From Fimbriosthenelais zetlandica (Eukaryota): a DNA stretch of 64,000 nucleotides. The position numbers and the translations under genes were made by a program. This document shows, in pieces, positions 38,341-52,300 of the stretch. The stretch is taken from the NCBI GenBank assembly GCA_977030845.1, contig OZ365115.1, forward strand, positions 28,272,001 through 28,336,000, given 5' to 3'. The notes under the pieces are model-generated. The model did no database searches and was not told the DNA's origin. It was given only the letters and a program-made list of their open reading frames with translations. Position 1 is the stretch's first letter. Each line of letters begins with the position of its first letter.

Positions 38341-41300
38341 TTAATTTAAGATATAATTACTAGCAAATTAGTTAGTTGTAATCTCAGGGTTTAATGGTGC
38401 ACTAGTTCCATTGGTGGTCTGACTCTGCCCTGCTCTGACTTCCTGCTGTGGTCTATGTTGATAACACCAAAACTAAAGTATCCAGGGCTAAATTTATAGG
38501 GCTGTGAATAATAATGACTATAAGGGGTTGTTCGGGTGGTACAATAGATCTCTCTCACCTTAGCGGGTTCATGTAATTTGTGGACAACATGAACCAAAAA
38601 GCCCCCCCCCCGATAACTTGTGCTGCAGGACCTGGAAATATTACGTGCATGGCATTTTTGTGGGGTAGAATTGTACCTTGCAGATGTTCAATCTAGAGTT
38701 TAGTTCCGAAATGTTATGCGTTCTGTTCCTGGAAGTGCTTATACACAGAAATAGGTAATTGGTTGTAATTGATGTTCCCTGCTTGAAGCAAATGTGGATT
38801 TTATGATCTCTAAAATTGGATAGCTTTTATAAGGTATGAATAACAATTCAAGCAAAGGATCTAAAGAGTAAAAACCTTTATGATAACATCAGATAAATTG
38901 CAGTTCTACTAAAAAAAAACCCTGACATTCCGGTGTTAAAAAAGATTCATGATTTATCGTTTAATGGAGTATTGTCTCAAACTATATATGGGATCCACTT
39001 ATGCTACATATTATATATAGATCTATATACGTATAGATAAACTGGCAATGGTTGTTCATGAGATATAGTGACATGCTTTTTAATGGTTATATGGTTTGTA
39101 TTGACATGTTAATTACTCACATGAAAACATTGTGATATATATTACAATTATTGACGATGTTATGCAGACATGTTTAAAGTTGCTGCTTCAATTGATTGTT
39201 GTCTTAAAGGACCTGCAAGTTCCTTTAAGGGCCCACATAGATGGATATACTGCATTGGTCAGTTTATATATATTATATGAATTATGGTGGTCTTTGATGC
39301 AATGTGGTGACCCTAAAAGTGATTTTGAATAGAAAATGTTGAAGAAAGGTCCCATGATGTTCACTTCATTGTTCCGGTGGTTAATGCAAAATCTTTCCCT
39401 TCTCAAATATAATTATAAACATTGTTGGGAATAAGACTATCCATTGTGAAGAATGCAAAATGAAAAGAAAGCTTTAGAACATTTGGTTCTTTCTCTTTTC
39501 CATTTCTTCTCAGTTTTAGTTTACAAACAGTTCTAGTTCCCTCAATGAGTATGGATTGGAATTCCTCCCGTTTCGAACCCTTGACAACAAATGTCCTTCA
39601 TTCTCAGTTGATATTAGAAAACTAAGAGTGCAATATTTTGTTTCCAGACAAGTGTCTTTAAACATTGTTAAATTGTTTTAATATAATATCCGAAACAACT
39701 CAAGTGGACCAAAGGAAGTCTGAAGAAAATATAGGGTGAAGCCTGGAATTTGTGAGTGAACATTTTGCCCTGGAATCAGCCATCTTACAACCAGTATTGT
39801 CATTATAAATGGTCGGTATAATCCTGTATTGTATCAGTTTAGCTATTAAATATAATTATCCTCCTCCATTCAGCAAAGTGGTCACTATAATACTAGAAAC
39901 AGTGATGTCTTTCCTTGACTAGTGAAACTATGTCATAATGATAACGAAGATGCTGATGGCTAATTGAGATCCATTTTGTGCTTGATTTCTCCTCAAGAAC
40001 ATAATGCAAATTGCTGTAAGATGTGTTTGGTAATGTAACCTATGTTAATATATGATGTGCTGCAAGTACAGTTGTGAAGCAACAATGACGTACCCTTGTG
40101 AAACTAAAGACATACCTGATAAAAGGAAGGTCTACATGCTTTTGACCATTGAAAGATGAAGGTCTTAGCATCTGAAATGACAGCAAAACGACTCTATCTA
40201 GCTTTCCTCTTGTGCATGGTGTAGTGATGATAGAAATATATTTTCACCACCTCATATAGGTGGGTCAAGGAGTGTTCTCGACAAATGATTTTATGACACA
40301 GAAAGCGATTATTATGGCACAAGACCGATGCATTTCCATGTACACCCAAATCTACCATTCTAGCATTACGTGTAACTGTAAGACAATAACCACCTATAAT
40401 TGCTTTGTATTGATGCTTTGAAGGTGGTCAACTATAGTATTGTTTCTACAAAGACTTGTGTAATTTATTAATCAAATTCGGGGGTGAGTTATATAGAAAG
40501 ACTCCTTCGAAATCTGGTCATTACTTAGCTCCATGAGAAGTAACTACCTCCCTAAAAAGCATTGTTGGTGTTGATGTGTGCTCAAAGCAGAGGGCGAAAT
40601 GCCCTGGTTGCTGAATACATGTTGACTGCAAAACCAACTATAATTATAGTAGTGCTATTTGGGAATACCAAAAGTCCCTGTTTGTCAATTTCCCGAGTGA
40701 TCCTGCAGTTTGTATTCAGCCAGAAACTGGTACTGGCAACAGCTTTAATTTGTGTTGCCAAAAATCATATAATTTAGGGACCTAATCCCAGAAAGGTGGA
40801 CTTGGAATTTGTTGAGTGGTGAAGAGAAAAAAATGAAGGCTGAGCCTTCTCCGATACCTGCAAGACTGATGTAGACTTGATAGTTACGATGGTCAGAGAT
40901 TTATTTGTGTTTCTAGCCTAAATAATCTTCAGACTGCTTCAACATTTGAAAAATGCTTATTGTGAAACAATTATAAATTGTGCAACAAAGACATGGAGAA
41001 AATAATATGATCTAGAGATATATGTATGTTTATGAGCATATACGTAATTATACATTAAATAACTGTGACATTGAAAAGCTGCAATTTTATTCCACTTGAA
41101 GTAAATATGAAAAAAAACAAGATTTCTCACGTGCTTCATTGTGGAACCTGTGGAAATGATGTCTATTTTTCTTAATTTTTACAAAGTAGTTAGAGCAGAG
41201 AGATTGTAAATGCGATGTACTATATTTATTCTCATACTAATGTTTTGTGCCAAACATACAAAAACCTAAAAAGTAGCAGACATTTTAAACTGTGACGTGT

Positions 41301-42029
41301 CTTCCAACATAGTGTTTATGTCATGCCATCGTCACTTGCTCCTGGAATGATTTTTAAACAATCGTTTAAAACCTGTGCTAATAAGTATCTTCTTTAAAGG
41401 TAAAACAAACTTGTGCATTATGAAAATTATGATAATGTGTTCTTGTAATCTCTTTAAGAAACTTGTATTATCAAGGTATTTCCTACATCCATTTAAAACT
41501 TACCTTGGATATAGGAATGTATAACAGGAAATTAACGGAATTTCTTACACTTTTAGTTAATCTTCCCGGTTCTCATGTCAAACCTATCAGTGCAAGATTA
41601 CTTACAAGGAACCTTAATGAAGATACAGATTAGCATTTGAATTATGTGCTTAGGTAAATTAATTCGAGATAAAAACAAGACAGATCTTCCTTCAACGTGA
41701 CTTGTACCAGTAGTCTATGTGACTAGCTCTATGCCTTCCCCAGCTGATACCAAAAATATATTTTGCTTTAAGGAGACTATAGATTGTATATATTATATAC
41801 TTGGAATATATTGTGATGTAAATGTCTATTTATGTGGGCAGTTTTTGCCTTGAGTGTTATAAAATGTGGAAAAAGAACATTCTGACTTCTGATTTCTGTT
41901 TCAAAATAGTTAAAATTAGGAACGCTTTCAATGGAACAGCCACCACCCCAGTAAGCGTTAAGTGCTTATTTAAGGTCTTTTAGTTTGAAGAACAGAAAAC
42001 TGGCAGGCCCTCATAAAGAACTTTGTGCT

Positions 42030-43810
42030 CATCCGTCCAATCTAAGGGTCGCGGGTCCAATCTATGGGCCGCGCGTCCATTCTAAGTGCCGCGCGTCCAT
42101 TCTAAGTGCCGCGCGTCCATTCTATGGGCCGCGCGTCCATTCTAAGGGCCGCGCGTCCATTCTAAGGGCCGCACATCCATTCTAAGGGGTGCACATCCAT
42201 TCTAAGGGGTGCACATCCATTCTAAGGGGTGCGCGTCCATTCTAAGGGCCGCTCGTCCATTCTATGGGCCACGCGTCCATTCTATGGGCCGCGCGTCCAT
42301 TCTATGGGCCGCGCGTCCATTCTATGGGCCGCGCGTCCATTCTATGGGCCGCGCGTCCATTCTATGGGCCGCGCGTCCATTCTATGGGCCGCGCGTCCAT
42401 TCTATGGTCCGCGCGTCCATTCTAAGGGCCGCGCGTCCATTCTATGGGCCGCGCGTCCATTCTATGGTCCGCGCGTCCATTCTAAGGGCCGCGCGTCCAT
42501 TCTATGGGCCGCGCGTCCATTCTATGGGCCGCGCGTCCATTCTAAGGGCCGCGCGTCCATTCTAAGGGCCGCGCGTCCATTCTAAGGGTCACGCGTCAAT
42601 TCTAAGGTTCGCGCGTCCATTCTATGGGCCGCGCGTCCATTCTATGGGCCGCGCGTCCATTCTATGGTCCGCGCGTCCATTCTAAGGGCCGCGCGTCCAT
42701 TCTATGGGCCGCGCGTCCATTCTAAGGGCCGCGCGTCCATTCTAAGGGCCGCGCGTCCATTCTAAGGGTCACGCGTCAATTCTAAGGTTCGCGCGTCCAT
42801 TCTATGGGCCGCGCGTCCATTCTAAGGGCCGCGCGTCCATTCTAAGGGTCACGCGTCCATTCTAAGGGTCACGCGTCCATTCTAAGGGACGCGCGTCCAT
42901 TCTATGGGCCGCGCGTCCATTCTATGGGCCCCCGTCCATTCTATGGGCCCCCGTCCATTCTATGGGCCCCCATCCATTTTATGGGCCGCGCGTCCATTCT
43001 AAGGGCCGCGCGTCAAATCTAAGGGCCGCACATCCATTCTAAGGGGTGCACATCCATTCTAAGGGGTGCGCGTCCATTCTAAGGGCCGCGCGTCCATTCT
43101 ATGGGCCGCGCGTCCATTCTATGGGCCGCGCGTCCATTCTATGGGCCGCGCGTCCATTCTAAGGGCCGCGTCCATTCTAAGGGCCGCACATTCATTCTAA
43201 GGGGTGCACATTCATTTTAAGGGGTGCACTTTCATTCTATGGGTCGCCAGTCCATTCTAAGGGCTGCGCGTCCATTCTAAGGGTCACGCGTCCATTCTAT
43301 GGGTCACCCGTCCATTTTAAGGGCCGCGCGTCCATTCTATGGGCAGCGCGTCCATTCTATGGGTCACGCGTCCGTTCTCAGGGCCACGCGTCCATTCTAT
43401 GTGTCACCCATCCATTCTAAGGGTCGCGCGTCCATTCTAATGGTCGCGCGTCCATTCTAAGGGCCGCGCGTCCATTCTAAGGGCCGCGCGTCCATTCTAA
43501 GGGCCGCGTGTCCATTCTAAGGGTCACGCGTCCATTCTAAGGGCCGCGCGTCCATTTAAAGGGCCGCGCGTCCATTCTAAGGGCCGCGCGTCCATTCTAA
43601 GTGTCGCGCGTCCATTTTCTTTGGGCGTCAAATATAAGGACCGCACATCCATTCTATGGGCCGCACATCCATTCTATGGGCCGCGCGTCCATTCTAAGGG
43701 GGTGCGCGTCCATTCTATGGGCCGCGCGTCCATTCTATGGGCCGCGCGTCAAATCTAAGTGTTGCGCGTCCATTCTATGTGCCATGCGTCCATTCTAAGG
43801 GCCGCGCGTC
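42030..43810. repeat. 20-bp CpG-rich minisatellite (GCGCGTCCATTCT[A/T][A/T]GGGCC-type), roughly 88 units
   Basis: Direct reading shows no spacers. It includes variant units (GCACATCC, GGTCAC) and a 180-bp higher-order duplication. Confidence 0.97.
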
Positions 43811-43870
43811 TACCATAGAGAATCTATAGGATATCAGACGCGTCTACCATAGAGAATCTATAGGGTATCT

Positions 43871-43939
43871 GGGGCCTGTTTCAGCGTATAAATTTCCCAT
43901 AGACTTAGCATTGCTAATTGTTGTTCTGAAACAGGCCCC
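43871..43939. mobile_element. Short MITE (GGGGCCTGTTTCA...TGAAACAGGCCCC) inserted in a repeat of about 32 bp
   Basis: Perfect 13-bp TIR. The interior is near-identical to the copies at 56769 and 57009. Confidence 0.7.
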
Positions 43940-46336
43940 AGATGCGTCTACCTTAGAGAATCTATGGGGTATCAGTAGAAAAAAAGTGTAACTCGCTTAT
44001 GAAAATATTTATTATTACAAATCTACATTTGATACAACATTTGTTAAATTTATGTTGCAGGCAACCGAGAGATTATTTTGGGTAATTCGGGCACATTTCA
44101 TAAACAATTTGGATGTCCTTTCCACAGGTATATGTTGTATAAATACAAGTACCTTAGGTATGCCAATATGTTAACAGAAAGGCGCAAGCGAAGTTCCTGG
44201 CTGATAAAAGTAAGTAAGTACTAACGACACCTGAATCAATAACATAATGATATCAAAATAGTTAACTCAATGATGTAACAATTTGAGAAACAATAATAAC
44301 ATTTGGCCTATCTAATCTACGTAAATAATAAAATAATAAAATCTTTCGATAAAAGAGACTACCTATATAGGATGTGAGAGCAAATTCGAAAAATAAAACA
44401 TCATTGAATATGTTAATTAAAGCAGGGACTTCATTGCTGCGATTTTGCTTGCAACATTACTGCGACGAAAGTGATGCTTATATCCCAAAGGAGAACTGCC
44501 TCAACGCCATAATAATTATTATGTCTTCAACCAGTTTATAAATTTTATTGCGACACAAGCATCACCTTAGTTGCAGTAGTGAAAAAGAGTGTAAATTATT
44601 CAACAATTTTTTTCATCCAAATTACTTACTTATCAAGATTGTTATGATATTAAGCAACATGAAAACAATCTAATATGCTCTGAATTTTGGGGGTAGCTTT
44701 GGCATGTTCCTAAATTAAAATGAAATTGAAGGTTAATGCTATAAATATTTTGTATTTAAGGAGTATCATTTCAACAAAAATGGAGACGTGTATACATATA
44801 TTATATCGATCAATATAAGCAGAAAAGATATGTAGCCATAAATATCTTTACGGGACTAAGTCACTACTATTAGATATACTAAAATACAATGCATTTACAG
44901 AGAACATTACAATATATAATCTTAAAAATTTGCAAAAGGATACACAACAATGAGATTGCATGACCTAACATTATATTTGTTTTATACAAGCGTAACGTTT
45001 TGATAAAATGAAAAAGAGGATTTCTTAGGAATTTCAGAAAAAAAAGGTAAAAAAAACCCACCATGAAATGGAGGAATTTTTCCCAAATGACTGTCCAAAC
45101 TGTTTGCCTTTAAAGCGAGAAAATATTAAAAGGGAAAATATAATCATTCCATTGGGACCTCGAAAAGTCACCTATGTCTGAGGTATTTGAGGAATTGAAC
45201 ATTTCAACATAGTAAAGCAAAAATGTAAACATCTTTACAGTAAAATTCATCTTATCAAATAAAAGTTCCTGTATTAGTTGATTTTTCACAAGACATTTAT
45301 ATGTGCAATGGCAGTAATAGGCCTACATATTATATAGATCATACATGGATCATACACATCTATAATTATCTGGTATATACACTTAGACAAAGTTACATTC
45401 CAAACATGAATAGGTATATATACATAATATTCATTTTGTTATACAGTATCTCTGTCATAGAACAGAAAAAAATATTCTTCCCTCTAGGGGATATTCAATA
45501 TAACCAATCCTTGGTAGTGTAAGTCTCTTTAAAATCAGGCGATTAAAATTTCTATTTTCATAATTCACATTCTTACAATGGTACCACATATTTATTTGAC
45601 TCCAATTCAAGATTTTAATTCGGCATTTTTTCATGTGAAATTTTTCATGTGAAAATCACAAAATTGAAATACACACAAAATATACCAGACATGCAGTACC
45701 AGATATTGGTCTGAACTCGTCCTGGCAAACCAAGCTAAAATAATTTCATGCTGAGATAACTCATTATGATAACAGAGCAGTCAAATCATGAAGTAACAAT
45801 GAAGTAAGTCTTTGAAGTACATATATCCCAGTATCATTTTTTTTGTCCTGGGCATAATGCCATTGCCAATCCTCAGGGCAACTCAACAGTCGTTATATTT
45901 CTAATATTATGTTTCTTCAACTTGCCGAAGTCCATTAATTTTTATCCTTATTAATATTATTGTGGAAGTTTGTATTATGGTGACCAGAAGGTACTAGTTC
46001 CACAACCTCCGGGACCGCTTTATTCTCCAAGGTCTCCTATGAAGTCAGTCATATGACTTGAGACATGGGTCTTTAAAACCACAGCTCAAATATTAGTACA
46101 TACCGGGAGCCATTAGTTTTAGTGTAAAGCAATACAAGCTTGATTTGGAGCTCTCGCCTTGCAACAGGGTTTGATTCAAATCCTCCGCTTTTCTTCGTTC
46201 TTCTCTTTGCACATCGGCCATCCTCTTTTTCTTCTCTTGTTTCTGCCAAGTTTTTGAGTCCATGAGATGCCTTAATATAATGGCCTTTCAATCAGCCAAA
46301 ATATAGGATTTCTAAAATGTTTAGGATGTTCTCCGA

Positions 46337-49300
46337 TTACCAGACGGAACATTTCTTTCCTGGATTCATTTCACTACCAACAGGACATTTGTATGCCTCC
46401 GCAAAGTCATGTGAATTTGACAGTGCTCCAATTACCCTGTATGAAAAGAGAAGTAAAGTCTATCTATAGGTGCTGTCACCTGCTGTCAGAGTGAGCAAGA
46501 AATTAGGCTATTGTTTCATTTTGAAAATCATCAGGCGAACATACTCACCTGAATTTTCCTGGACTGTGCCTACCGGAAGAAATGGCTTGTATATAACTTT
46601 GGGGCCTTGAGTTACCACACCAAATCTAAATCAAACATAAGATAATCTCACGTTACATTGTTTCATTCATTTCTTTTAGTTAGAATTTTTATAGAGCCTG
46701 TTATGGGTGAATACCAGCTCACACTCTTGATTACACATTCATCATGTGAATTCTCACCCAGTGTCACCAAATTGGATGAAGTTGTATTTATAAAATATTG
46801 GTATATTTCTACCTGTGCAAAATTAAGGAAGAAGAGTTGGTTGTGTGTGAGGTCAACACCAGGTAAGAGGTCTTCCTCTTTCCCTTGCCTCTCCACCCAG
46901 CTTCTGTAAGCCTGCAAGTACAAAAACATGATTAACAAATTGAAAATCTAGAAGTAACTCTTAAGTATTTAGTGAAGCACTAGTGACGCAAAGACTGTTT
47001 TGATTGAGTGATTCAATCCCTGGTTAGGCAACTGTATCTCCTTAGATTGCATTGTTCTTGATCACCAGTTATCGTGATAAGAAGGAGGTGATGACGCAAA
47101 CTGTATTGAAGCAAACATCTGACTAGTATTTATGTTAGTATGAATTAACAAATGGCGCTTACCCTGAAAGCTTGTTTTAAGCCTCCGTTGTCTGCTATAT
47201 TCTCCCCTTGTGTATTTCTTCCATTGAGCTGCAATGGAATTCTTCGTGTTTATTCTGATATATTTGATAACGAGAAACTGTCAATTGGAATTGTCAATTT
47301 TCACGCAAAAATGTTACCATTGCCCAACCGCAAACTAAGATATTGAGTGGTACGTACGGGTGCGATTTTAAATGTATAAGTGTAGAAGTTTAAACAAATC
47401 CAGTATAGTGCTCTATAAATTGTATTTCTCAGTAAGAACTCACAGTTTTGTTGACCTCCACCACCAAGTAGTTGTCGTACTGGTCAATGATGCATTGAGC
47501 TTTACTCTTGAACTTCTTAACCACATCGTCTGACCACCATTGTTTCAGGTTCCCATTCTTGTCAAACTGGCGACCTAATTAACAAAAAAGATAGTAATAT
47601 AGTATTACCTCCAGTAGGCCTACCACGATAGCAATCTATTTTCTGAAGTTATTCCAGTAAGAGTTTATATCATATGGCTGGAGGCCCTATAATTTAAAAA
47701 TTAAAAATTATATTAGGCGTATTTCACAGATAATCTATGATATTTCACTATTTAATGCACATTCAATTATCAGAATAATATTTATACTTCCTTTGAGTTA
47801 TTTTTGTCCATACAATTAAACATATTACTTTTTCCCATGAAATGATATAAAATAGAATTTTATAATACAAAAATTGAAGCGGCAAACGTTATATTTATAT
47901 ATACATTGCAAATATACATTGTGTAACAACAGCAAGAAAAAGGCAGCAAAGTATCTTACCAGATTAGAACCAGCAGATATCAAATTCACTAGTGTTCAGA
48001 TGAGAAAAATAGTATCTACGTTTTTTTCCATAAGAAAGTGACTAAGTAAATAGCAGAGACGAGTATTTGGTAGGTGGTGGGTGCGACAGACAAAACATTC
48101 ACAAGCACAGTGAAAATGAAGAAAGACATGGATTGATTTTACACAATTAATGGGGTTAGAATGTACAGAACGAAGTAGGATATCCTTTCAGTGAGTCAAT
48201 AATATTGCAAGTCTGTTCAACATTATTCTATTTTTTGAGTAAACTATAATAATGGGTTACGTCGATTGCATGACAGTGTAAAATTTGTTTTTAGTTAGTA
48301 GTCAACCATCTATAATCAGAGAAATATAGGCTATGACAGGACATAATTATAGTATGCTTTTCCGTAAGAATAACATGGGTTCCTGGTATCCTGGAAGCAG
48401 GAAATATTAGTTCCAGTATTCCCCACTCAGTGTGGACTGGTTTTGCCCTAGCTTCCGGTGCTCTGACGTCACACAATGACATTCAAAATGGCCGTTGAGG
48501 TTTAGAAGTGCTCATTCGTCGAGAGGAGACTATTGAGTATTATTGAAATATTCATTCAGTCATGGTTCGCATTCGCATTTTGTCATGGTTCTTGAATTTT
48601 TCATTTCTATCTCGGTAGATCCAAACTAGTTTGAATGCTACTCTTCCTTCAAGGGCAGTATTATGACACAGATGTTAAAGGATCCTGTATTCTACACGGC
48701 ATTTTATTCTTATTATGAGCAATTCCTAATAAAAGTTGGAAACATGGAAGCTAAATGATATTAAGCTTCAATTGCTTCATATAGTATATATTTGGCCTTT
48801 TGCACATGCAAAGATATAAGCATCAGCTTTAGTTAAAGTTCTGGGCAAGCGTCTACATAGACTTCTGGAAAAACTAAGTGAAAATAAAAATAAAATAATA
48901 AACATTTTTAAAAAGAAAAGTCTCTCCAGAAGTATCATATGTAGACAATTGAGAAAATCAACACGTTTGATGCAATCAGGTTGATTTTCTTTAAAAAAAA
49001 AAAAAGACGTCGTTTTGGCAAACATTCCAAGCTCTTCATGATGTTCCCACTATTTTACACATTCTATTATATACATTTTGCTACAGGCAAAATATTTCCA
49101 AGACATTTGTCAATCCAATTTAGTGATTTTTTTTCTGAGCTGAAGTTTGTAGGCCAAAATATTCAACTTTTTGTTGTTTTGGTCGAATGGACAATACATT
49201 TTATTGTTCAAGGACATTGGATCTTTTCAATGACTGTAGCCTACAATCATACCTTTGTCATCAAACCCATGGGTTATTTCATGTCCAATCACCACAGCTA

Positions 49301-52300
49301 TACCTCCATAATTGATGGACCTGATGAGGATAATGATGATGTTTAACAATAATTCAGAAATATAAGCCTTTTGATCTTATGTTATCTTCATCCGCCCACT
49401 TGCACCAAAAAGGACGAATTGCACTGTTATTTTGCAGTATCATTCCTTACATGACCAAGTGTATGTTTTATGAGCTCTGAAGTCTTCCAGTTGTATGCAC
49501 TATTTAAATCCCTAGCAGGTTAATTATGCATTGGGTCTTAGATTATTGCTTTGTAAATTTTGCAATATACTCCTGGTGCTACAATGTGTAAACGAAAGTA
49601 ACAGGGATACAACACAAGTTACACTTTACCGTTAGTACACACAATTATTAGCATCTACATGTGAAACTAAAGCCCGACATCCACTGTACGATCTTTGAGG
49701 ACACCGATTTTTGTGATCGGCAAAGATCACAATAAAATCTTTACGGATCATTTCTCTATTGATTTACCATTGAAAAATTGGCGCCGATCCCAAGATTTTG
49801 ACATCCACCAGCCCGATCATCGGAACGGATCTTCTTTTTGGGTCCCGATCGCCTAAGATCGCAAAATAGGGATGAAAATCGGGCTGGTGGATGTCGGGCT
49901 TTATTCGCCATATGAATTATTGTGCCTACTATACCGAGGAAGCAGTACTTTTGATTATTACTAAGCTCGATCGTTAGTGTTCTGCGTATGTTTCTGCGTA
50001 AGTTTCACAGTGCCATCAGCTATAATATACATGTACCTCGATCATCAAATCCATGGGTCATCTCATGACCAATCACATTACCGATGCCACCATAGTACAT
50101 AGATCTTAGAGGATAGATGGAAATAAGAAAATAAAATCAAAAAAAGATAGAGGTAGGGAGAAAAACAGTAAATATGAAGCACATCTATAGCCTTGATGCT
50201 CTGAAAATTGATCTCGGAGTTTCCCAATGTTTGCTGCATTATTGTTATTCGCATAAAAACAGAAACTTCCGAATACACCATTCAATGAATTAGCCATGGA
50301 AAACCTTTTAAGGAACAACAGAAAAAAAGGGATCATCTATAGCATTGAACATGTTATGAAACAGAATTGTTGGAGACTTAGGAATATGCCTACTAATCGA
50401 AATACTGCTAATTAAGAGAAACCGAGAAGCAGAGTTTTCTTTTCTGTTAGTTGAAACTGCAGTGGGCTTTGACCATTATACCTACATAGTACATGTACAG
50501 TATTTTGGAATACTGCCAATCTTTTCAACAAAGCAGAAAGAAGTTTTGGTTATATTCAGCTATTATTGTCAGCCTAAAATCCTGTCACCGAGCCTTATAG
50601 TATGTTTTAAATTAGTGTACGGCGTCTTGTGAACCCTTTTATTGGGACAGCTATACCTTGATCATCAAATCCATGTGTCACTTCGTGGCCAATGACAAGA
50701 CCGATGCCAGCATAGTTCATAGATCTTAATATGGGAGAGATGAGAAGACTCAATATGAGAAGACGCAACATTAAAAAACCCACAAAACAATTGACATGGA
50801 ACATAATCATTGAACACTGCGATAAGAAGTCCTGTGGCCTGTTTCAAAAAGCATAATATTACTTGGGAATGATCCGTTATTTCTTAAAGATTTGAAAAAG
50901 AAACTTAGAATGTGAACAAGTTGTATTATAGCTGAAAGGTCAAGGGAAAGGTAAAGGGATTTGTGTTTGATGTCAGTTTGTACATAAGGAAAATAATGTG
51001 TAATTTCATCAGGATTTCATTAGGAAAATAATGTGGATTTTCTACCCTCATCACTCATCCATAAAGGGGATTTTAGGTTTGTATGTAAATTCTAATAATC
51101 AAGTGCTCATCGTTCAGCAAGGAGGAAAATAACCTGTCACAAAGTCCTCTATACATACATTATTTTAAAAATCGTGTACCAGATCATAAAATCTCTCACT
51201 CTCAAATCCTCTTAATATATATTATACCTTCATCATCAAACGCATGGGATACTTCATGGCCAATGGCAAAACCAATGCCTGCATAGTTCAAAGATCTTAC
51301 AGGAAAGAAAACAAATTAAAAAAAACAATAAGAAAAATACACATAATATAGGACATGACATTGTAGAACCTGCGCAAATCACTCGGGATGTTCATTTCTG
51401 CGGTTAAAGGAATTTGTGCTAAAACTGCTTGGTAGGAGGTCCAATCAATTAGTCAGAGGAAAAGTGAAATATATAGGCTTGAAGGATTCTTTAGCACTCT
51501 TAATAACATTAAATGTGTCGTCAACTATGTTGGAGTCTCTTACATTAAGATCAGATGGGGATAGTATATGTGTGCAGATGATTTGGCATTTTGGGCTGAT
51601 GTTGGTTCTATAATATAATTCTTATATCAGAGAAGGGGGTCTGGACAACAGAAGTTCATAAAGGTTGAGCGAAATTTTGTTTGTGGTTAGTTCAATTTGA
51701 CACCCAACATTATTCCAGAAAAATAAAAAAGGAGTTCAGTGTTGTAGGGAAGTTCTGTCACCAAGCCCAATGCATTATTTTAAAATAGTGAACACAGTCT
51801 CTTTAATTCTGCCTATCGCCCTCTTGCATAACTTCTGCGAGACTCCGCTGAAACTCTCGCTGCCAAGTCTCGCTATAAAAGAAATTTGTAGAACAAATCT
51901 GGCAGACCTTTTGCAAGTGGGAGCCAACAAACTGTCGCTGGGGTGCTAGCAACATTTTCCTGCATTTTCGTTTATCAGCGAGACTTGGCAGCGAGAGGTT
52001 TAGCGATGGCTCGCAGGTGTCATGCAAGGGGGTGATTTTTGAGGGCATTTTCTAATACCTTGATCATCAAATCCATGGGTAACTTCATGGCCAATCGCCA
52101 TACCAATGCCACTATACTTCAAAGAGCTGATGGGAGAGACGAAAAAAGATAATAACAAAAAGAAAATGAAGCAAAACACACAAAAAAAATAGTCAAAACA
52201 TGGAAACCTAGTATGATGAAATTCATTTGATCAATCCAATAGTCAAATGATCTTATCTTAACCCTATTTTCTGATGGTGTGCAATTAATTAGCTGTTGAA

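Noticed and set aside
42030-43810. CRISPR array, or real proteins from ORFs 42209-42565, 42229-42585 and 43601-43798
   Set aside because: Units are contiguous with no unique spacers, there are no cas genes and the context is eukaryotic. The ORFs are translations of the 20-bp repeat.
51030-51065. Seventh HExxH exon (ccctcatcactcatcc resembles the DD-coding end)
   Set aside because: No HExxH codons and no 68-nt frame with an acceptor.
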